Below are positions 58,386 to 64,000 of a stretch of 64,000 nucleotides of DNA, piece by piece (within the stretch, counting starts at the first letter, position 1; the number at the start of each line of letters is the position of its first letter). This DNA is from Bacteroidales bacterium (lineage in GTDB: Bacteria; Bacteroidota; Bacteroidia; Bacteroidales; VadinHA17). The notes under the pieces were generated by a model that saw only the letters and a program-made list of their open reading frames with translations, was not told the origin of the DNA and ran no database searches. The stretch covers positions 974 to 64,973 of the forward strand of contig JAXDBC010000134.1 in NCBI GenBank assembly GCA_034679225.1, given 5' to 3'. Both the position numbers and the translations under genes were made by a program.

Positions 58386-59265
58386 TTTCCGCCTCTTTCT
58401 TATATTTCCACCTTCTGTGGGTCCATATCCAGTATTCAGGTTTTTCCATGATCGTCTTCTCAAGTCTTTTAACGTGAGTATCGGTAATCAGGTATTTTGG
58501 GAGCCCCTTTGTATTCTCGAACAGAACATCCAGGGTGATTTCGTAGAATCCCCGCTTTATCTTCCTGATATCCATAAACAACACTGCCATGTCGTATTTC
58601 GTGGCGATTTTTTCAAGGCCAAGAAAAACAGGAGTTTCCTGGTTAAGGAAATCGGTGTAGTATTCAATCAGTGTCCGGGCAGGAGTCTGATCTGAAATGA
58701 ATCCATACATTGCCCTGATCCCCTTTTTCCTGTTTTCAATGATTCTCCTGAGCACCATCTGCATCGGGGCCGGGTCAGCCTTGTATCTTGTTCTCTGGTC
58801 GTTGAGGAACTTGTTGACGATCTTGTTTCTTACCGGCTTGTATGCCCCGACACATTTGTATCCGGTGAAAAGTGGAAAAACAGTTGTCAACCACTCCCAG
58901 TTGTTGTAATGGCTGTAAACCAGTGCAATGTCTTTTCCTGATTCGTAAAAATGTTTGATCAGTTCCGGATTAGTCAGTTTAACTCTCCTCAATAGTTCCT
59001 TTTTACTCATGCCCGGCAATTTCAGGACCTCTATAAAGAGATCTGAAAGATGCCTGTAAAATGCTTTTTCAATCTGTCTGATCTCTTCCGGTGATTTTTC
59101 AGGAAATGACCTTGTGAGATTTTCCGCAACTATTTGTCTTCTGTAGGAAGGAAAATAATAAAGAAGCAGGAACAGAAGATCAGAGAAGACGTACAGAATG
59201 CCAAGTGGGAGAAGAGTGATTATCCGGTTGATTCCATAAAAGATATAATAACCTGCTCTCCACAT
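58378..59265 (-). CDS. Lipid A biosynthesis acyltransferase family (LpxL/HtrB-like)
   Basis: Motifs HYNNWE, SDQ and PEYWIWTHRRWK. Confidence 0.88.
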   Translation of the reverse strand: MWRAGYYIFYGINRIITLLPLGILYVFSDLLFLLLYYFPSYRRQIVAENLTRSFPEKSPEEIRQIEKAFYRHLSDLFIEVLKLPGMSKKELLRRVKLTNPELIKHFYESGKDIALVYSHYNNWEWLTTVFPLFTGYKCVGAYKPVRNKIVNKFLNDQRTRYKADPAPMQMVLRRIIENRKKGIRAMYGFISDQTPARTLIEYYTDFLNQETPVFLGLEKIATKYDMAVLFMDIRKIKRGFYEITLDVLFENTKGLPKYLITDTHVKRLEKTIMEKPEYWIWTHRRWKYKKEAENA

Positions 59266-59271
59266 GGCTCA

Positions 59272-60075
59272 TTATTTATTTTGCTTCATGAATGACTGTA
59301 CGACCTCCAGTACTTCATTATAGATAAGCATATTTGATGCGAGGCTCTCGTTTCCGTCAAGACCGGTCATATTTCCCGAGAAGTCGCTGAATTTACCCCC
59401 GGCCTCTCTGACGAGGAGCATTCCGGCTGCCACGTCCCATATTTTCAGGTCATATTCATAGAAGAAATCATATCTTCCGCAGGCCACATAGGCGAGGTCG
59501 ATAGCGGCCGACCCCAGGCGTCTTACTCCATGAGTATTTTTAACAAGGTATTTAAGCAGTTCCATATACGAATCGAGCCTGTCGAAGAGATTGTAAGGAA
59601 ATCCTGTGGCTGCCAGTGCCCCTGACAATATTGGAACCTTTGAAACATGTATCCTTTTTCCGTTGAGCCATGCACCACCGCCCTTCCAGGCGGAGAAGGT
59701 TTCCTGCCCGCCTGCTTCGTGGACTACTCCCGCGATAACCTCGTCATCTTCCATAAGACCGATGCTGACAGCAAAGGGATGAACATTATGAAGGAAGTTC
59801 GTGGTTCCGTCGAGCGGATCGATTATCCAATTGTACTTCTTGCCCTTTTTTACCGAAGTTCCTTCTTCCGCTATAAAACCGGCCTCAGGGATAAGCTTCG
59901 CTAGTCTCTCGATCAGCATTCTTTCGGATCCTTTGTCCACGTATGTCACAAAATTGTTCCGGCCTTTTGTTTCAGTATCGTGGATATCGAAGGTGGCCGA
60001 TTCCTGCATGATGAATGTACCTGCTTCACGTGCTGCACTTTCTATGTCAGCACAAAGGGCTTTCATGTCTTTCAT
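59272..60075 (-). CDS. Inositol monophosphatase family (SuhB-like)
   Basis: Motifs WIIDPLDGTTNF, RRLGSAA and WDVAAG. Confidence 0.92.
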   Translation of the reverse strand: MKDMKALCADIESAAREAGTFIMQESATFDIHDTETKGRNNFVTYVDKGSERMLIERLAKLIPEAGFIAEEGTSVKKGKKYNWIIDPLDGTTNFLHNVHPFAVSIGLMEDDEVIAGVVHEAGGQETFSAWKGGGAWLNGKRIHVSKVPILSGALAATGFPYNLFDRLDSYMELLKYLVKNTHGVRRLGSAAIDLAYVACGRYDFFYEYDLKIWDVAAGMLLVREAGGKFSDFSGNMTGLDGNESLASNMLIYNEVLEVVQSFMKQNK

Positions 60076-60078
60076 ATA

Positions 60079-61398
60079 TCATTTAATTAATTCGCATGTC
60101 ATTCTTCCTGAACCTGAAACCCCGGTCAGTATTACTCTCCTGATAGTTCCGGCAAGTCCCGGGTCCCAGGGCAACTCCGTCCTCAGGTAATTTTCGGTGA
60201 ATCCGGATATCATACCCTTGCTGGGTGTATGTTCAAAAAGGACTTGGGCTCTTGTTCCGATATTAACACTGCAGAATTCAGAATGTTTTAAGTTTGATAG
60301 GTTTATCAGGCTCCGGCTTCTTTCCTCCCTGATTCTGAAGGGTACTTTATCAGGCATTTTTTGAGCCGGAGTACCCGGGCGTTCCGAGAATTTGAACACA
60401 TGGAGGTAGGAGAGGGGCATGTTTTTAAGAAAGCTGTAAGTTTCCACAAAAGACTCATCACTTTCCCCGGGAAATCCTACGATGACATCAGCTCCTATGC
60501 CCGCCAGTGGCATAAGTTTTCTGATCATCGTCACTCTTTTTTCAAAATCTTTTCTCCTGTATCTTCTTCTCATTAGTCCCAGAACCTTGTCTGAACCGCT
60601 CTGGAGGGGAATATGGAAATGAGGAAGGATTTTTGATGACCCTGCCGTCAGTTCTATGATCTCATCAGTAAGTAGATTCGGCTCAATTGAGGAAATCCTG
60701 TATCTTTCTATTCCTTCCACGGCTGTCAGTTGAGTCAGAAGATCATAAAAGCTTTCACCGGAGGTCTTCCCGAAATCCCCGATATTCACACCTGTCAGTA
60801 CAATTTCTTTTATCCCGTCCCCTGCAATATGTTCTGCTTCCCTTACTATTGAAGCTATGTTCTGGTTTCTGCTCTTACCCCTGGCCAGTGGAATTGTGCA
60901 ATAGGAGCATTTATAGTCACATCCGTCCTGGACTTTCAGGAAGGATCTGGTTCTGTCGCCTGCAGAAAAGGAAGGAAAGAAACTGTCCTTATCTGAAAGG
61001 TCACAGGAGTGAACTTCCGGGAGTTCATTTTTTTCTGCATTTATCAGAAAAGCGGCAAGATCGAATTTCTCGTTGTTGCCCAACACCAAATCCACACCCG
61101 GTATGGATGAGATTTTTTCCGGATTTAGCTGTGCATAGCATCCCGTCACTGCTATGAAGGCATCGGGTGACTGATGGCTGAGCTTTTTAATTGTCTGCCT
61201 GCATTTTCTGTCTGCAACATCGGTTACGGAGCAGGTGTTTATTACATATATGTCGGCTTTTGTACCTGCCCTGACAATTTCAAACTGATCCTCCGGGAAC
61301 GATCGGGCTATGGTCGATGTTTCTGCAAAATTCAGTTTGCATCCGAGGGTATGGAATGAAACCTTTTTCCGGATTTTTTCCATCTGAAGGGGGATCAT
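60079..61398 (-). CDS. mtaB: tRNA t6A37 methylthiotransferase
   Basis: Motifs TLGCKLN, INTCSVT, VTGCYAQ and KVQDGCDYKCSYC. Confidence 0.92.
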   Translation of the reverse strand: MIPLQMEKIRKKVSFHTLGCKLNFAETSTIARSFPEDQFEIVRAGTKADIYVINTCSVTDVADRKCRQTIKKLSHQSPDAFIAVTGCYAQLNPEKISSIPGVDLVLGNNEKFDLAAFLINAEKNELPEVHSCDLSDKDSFFPSFSAGDRTRSFLKVQDGCDYKCSYCTIPLARGKSRNQNIASIVREAEHIAGDGIKEIVLTGVNIGDFGKTSGESFYDLLTQLTAVEGIERYRISSIEPNLLTDEIIELTAGSSKILPHFHIPLQSGSDKVLGLMRRRYRRKDFEKRVTMIRKLMPLAGIGADVIVGFPGESDESFVETYSFLKNMPLSYLHVFKFSERPGTPAQKMPDKVPFRIREERSRSLINLSNLKHSEFCSVNIGTRAQVLFEHTPSKGMISGFTENYLRTELPWDPGLAGTIRRVILTGVSGSGRMTCELIK

Positions 61399-61409
61399 GT
61401 TTGAAAGAG

Positions 61410-61436
61410 GCAGGCCGGAAAGTTATACCGGCCTGC
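61410..61436 (-). terminator. Hairpin between the DUF1080 gene and mtaB (probable terminator)
   Basis: GCAGGCCGG-AAAGTTATA-CCGGCCTGC forms a perfect 9-bp stem. Confidence 0.6.
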
Positions 61437-61450
61437 TTGCTTTATAGTAT

Positions 61451-62149
61451 TTATTTTTTGCTCTCGCGTTTTTCCTGAGGTAGTGGAGTGAGGTAGACAT
61501 TCCTGAATTGAATATCCTTTCCCTCGCTCTGGAGGCAGATATGACCTTTTGAATCGGATATTCCTGTTGCCTTATTCTGAAGCAATCCGTTTACGTTTAC
61601 CTCTATGGTGTTTGATTTGCAGATCACTTCCATTGTGTTCCATTCCCCTGCCGGCTTTTCATTTGAAGGATTCATTTTTTTAATTACCCTTGATCCTTCT
61701 TTCTGTTCGTTCATCGAAGATCCGTTCATGCAGATAAAATCGCCCGCATTACCGGCCTGAAGCTGGCATTCAAAGCACTTCAGCCAGATGGTGTCGGGAG
61801 TCTGTGAGTGGACAAACACACCACTGTTTGATAATTCGCCCGGGTAACGCCATTCGACATGAAGCTTGTAGTCTGAATAAACATCCCTGGTTCTCATGTA
61901 ACCGAAAGGATCGCCGGTTATGTGGATGACTCCGTCGCGTACTGTAAAAACCCTGGCAGGATCAACTGAAGGATCCCGCAGGTAGAATACCCAGTTAGAA
62001 AGGTCTTTTCCGTTAAAGAGTCTGATCTCAGTGTTTTTCTTGCCTTTGGCAGATTTGGCTGACTTGTCTTTTTGTCCCATGGCATCGGTGGAAGCACCGG
62101 TAAAGATTATCAGAATAAGCAGCAGGAGCGTTGAGAGTTTGTTTTTCAT
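61451..62149 (-). CDS. DUF1080 (3-keto-disaccharide hydrolase-like) exported protein
   Basis: Motifs LFNGKDLSNW, NSGV, ECQL, GEWN and GHICLQSEG..FRNV. Start taken at ATG 62149. Confidence 0.88.
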   Translation of the reverse strand: MKNKLSTLLLLILIIFTGASTDAMGQKDKSAKSAKGKKNTEIRLFNGKDLSNWVFYLRDPSVDPARVFTVRDGVIHITGDPFGYMRTRDVYSDYKLHVEWRYPGELSNSGVFVHSQTPDTIWLKCFECQLQAGNAGDFICMNGSSMNEQKEGSRVIKKMNPSNEKPAGEWNTMEVICKSNTIEVNVNGLLQNKATGISDSKGHICLQSEGKDIQFRNVYLTPLPQEKRESKK

Positions 62150-62200
62150 GGTTTCTCGATTTATTAGTATTTCTGATCCGTGATTTACTTCTGTCATGGC

Positions 62201-63535
62201 TTATAGCAGCTTACTGGCAAGCTCAGCCAGGGCACTGCGTTCTCCCTTAACAAGGTTCACATGAGCGAAAACATCCTGATCCTTCATCTTGTCGGAGAGG
62301 TAGCTCAGTCCGTTTGAACCTGTGTCGAGATAGGGTGAGTCGATTTGCTCAATATCACCGGTAAAGACCATTTTTGTGCCTTCTCCGGCCCTGGTTATTA
62401 TTGTTTTTATTTCGTGGGGAGTCAGGTTCTGGGCTTCATCCACTATAAAGAAGATGCTCGACAGGCTTCTGCCCCTGATATAGGCAAGAGGGGTGATAAC
62501 CAGCTTTTCTTCCTTCATCATATCATTGATCCTGAGAAACTCAGGGCTCTGGTGGCTGAATTTGTGCTTGATGACAGTCAAATTGTCATATAGTGGCGTC
62601 ATATAGGGATCCATTTTTTCCTTCACATCGCCAGGAAGGAATCCAAGGTCCCTGTTAGCCAGGGGGACTATGGGACGGGCAAGGAAGATCTGCTTGTATC
62701 TCTTGTGTTGCTGAAGGGCTGCTGCAAGGGCCAGAAGTGTTTTTCCCGTTCCCGCTTTGCCGGTAAGTGAAACAAGCTGAATATCCGGATTTGAAAGTGC
62801 TTCAAGGGCAAAAGTCTGTTCCGCGTTTCGCGGATCTATGCCATATGTGGTCTGTTTTATCACCCTGTTCAGCATTTTTGTTACCGGGTTGTAGTGTGCC
62901 AGAGCACTGGCTCCGCTGTTTTTCATTATAAAGAACTGGTGGCCCTTCATCTCCGGATCCAGATTAAAATCACTGATGCTTATGCCTTCAGGAACTTCAT
63001 AAAGCTTGCTGATCAGTTTGTGATCAACACCTTCAAGTACCTGGATACCCTTGTACAGATCATCAATATTTGCAACTTTGTCGTTCTGGTAGTCCTGCGC
63101 CATTATACCAAGCGATTTGGCTTTCATCCTGAGGTTAATATCCTTTGAGATAAGAACCACGGTCTTGTCCTTGTTTGTGTTACAGACATAATCAGCTATT
63201 GCCAGTATCCGGTGATCGGGCGTTCTTTCCGCAAATGACTGGCTGACTTTTTCGGAAAAATCGCGACCTGTTTCTATATGCAGATTTCCAAGGTTTTCAC
63301 CCAGCGGTATATTGGCTGTAAGAAGCATGTCTCCCGAGAGTTTATCAAGTTCACGGGTGAATTCCCTGGCATGGAAATTAATGATGTCGTTGCCTTTTTT
63401 GAATTTGTCCAGTTCCTCAAGTACGACGATGGGAATGATTACATCGTTCTCTTCAAAGTTGTAAATACATCTGTAATCGTGCAAAAGTACGTTAGTGTCA
63501 ATGATAAAAAGTTTTTTGTTGTGTTTCTTCTTCAT
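62201..63535 (-). CDS. PIN-domain + PhoH-family ATPase (PhoH2-like)
   Basis: PIN motifs IDTNVLLHD, VLEELD and SKDINLR. PhoH motifs PRNAEQ, GKAGTGKT, GFLPG, IRGRS and DEAQN. Confidence 0.92.
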   Translation of the reverse strand: MKKKHNKKLFIIDTNVLLHDYRCIYNFEENDVIIPIVVLEELDKFKKGNDIINFHAREFTRELDKLSGDMLLTANIPLGENLGNLHIETGRDFSEKVSQSFAERTPDHRILAIADYVCNTNKDKTVVLISKDINLRMKAKSLGIMAQDYQNDKVANIDDLYKGIQVLEGVDHKLISKLYEVPEGISISDFNLDPEMKGHQFFIMKNSGASALAHYNPVTKMLNRVIKQTTYGIDPRNAEQTFALEALSNPDIQLVSLTGKAGTGKTLLALAAALQQHKRYKQIFLARPIVPLANRDLGFLPGDVKEKMDPYMTPLYDNLTVIKHKFSHQSPEFLRINDMMKEEKLVITPLAYIRGRSLSSIFFIVDEAQNLTPHEIKTIITRAGEGTKMVFTGDIEQIDSPYLDTGSNGLSYLSDKMKDQDVFAHVNLVKGERSALAELASKLL

Positions 63536-63602
63536 GATAAATAATTTGCAATCAACATACTGAAGGAGTCCAGTCCAAATCCTGAGTGATCACAAAAATA
63601 AC

Positions 63603-63610
63603 CAAAATTA
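63603..63610 (-). promoter_or_regulatory. -7 element (TAATTTTG on minus strand) for the PhoH operon
   Basis: CAAAATTA on the plus strand. Confidence 0.4.
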
Positions 63611-63692
63611 AGTTTAGATTGTTGCTTGTGTTGAAAGTATGTTAATTTGTAGCATCCCGACAGTGCCGGTTTGCCGGCCAGATACAAAACCA

Positions 63693-64000
63693 ATGATTAT
63701 GGATTACAATCAGACTATTGAATTCATGTACAGCCGGCTTCCGGCATACCACAGGATAGGAAAGGCAGCTTACAAGAATGATCTTGAAAACTCATTAGCC
63801 CTTGATAGCTACTTCGGGCATCCTCACCTGAAATTCAGGTCAGTTCATGTAGCCGGAACCAACGGAAAGGGATCCGTATCCCATATGATTGCTTCTGTTC
63901 TTCAGGAAGCCGGTTACAGGACCGGTCTTTACACCTCTCCTCACCTGAAGGATTTCAGGGAGCGGATAAGAGTCGATGGAAGGATGATCCCGAAGAATGA
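63693..64000 (+). CDS. folC: Folylpolyglutamate synthase/dihydrofolate synthase, N-terminal part (3'-truncated; absent from the ORF track)
   Basis: Manual translation gives (MI)MDYNQTIEFMYSRLP...HVAGTNGKGSVSHMIASVLQEAGYRTGLYTSPHLKDFRERI. Confidence 0.93.
   Translation, partial: MIMDYNQTIEFMYSRLPAYHRIGKAAYKNDLENSLALDSYFGHPHLKFRSVHVAGTNGKGSVSHMIASVLQEAGYRTGLYTSPHLKDFRERIRVDGRMIPKN

Overview
This 64 kb window is dense, mostly housekeeping chromosome from a Bacteroidota (probably Bacteroidales-like) organism. The assignment is inferred from repeated TAnnTTTG -7 promoter boxes, the porU/porV/porP/gldJ T9SS genes and typical gene neighbourhoods. It holds about 50 CDS, including partial uvrA, smpB, miaA, recA, bcp, rlmB, rlmD, an rlmN-like gene, recR, alaS, hutU, ispF, murF, mtaB, a PIN-PhoH gene and partial folC, plus several peptidases and envelope proteins. 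There are two convergent tRNA-Ser genes (GCT, CGA). No integrase, transposase, prophage or CRISPR array was seen. The best candidate for an undescribed system is a four-gene cell-envelope cassette between the tRNAs (20596-23991). It encodes (1) an Ala-rich helical lipoprotein followed by its own terminator, (2) a DpaA/YafK-like YkuD enzyme whose N-terminal stalk resembles that lipoprotein, (3) a membrane-anchored canonical L,D-transpeptidase and (4) an apparently catalytically dead YkuD paralog. One reading is a Braun-lipoprotein-like attach/detach tether system. Nearby non-coding features are a branched palindromic element and a 14-bp motif shared downstream of both tRNAs, and an octamer tandem repeat. 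Product calls come from motif recognition only; no database searches were run.
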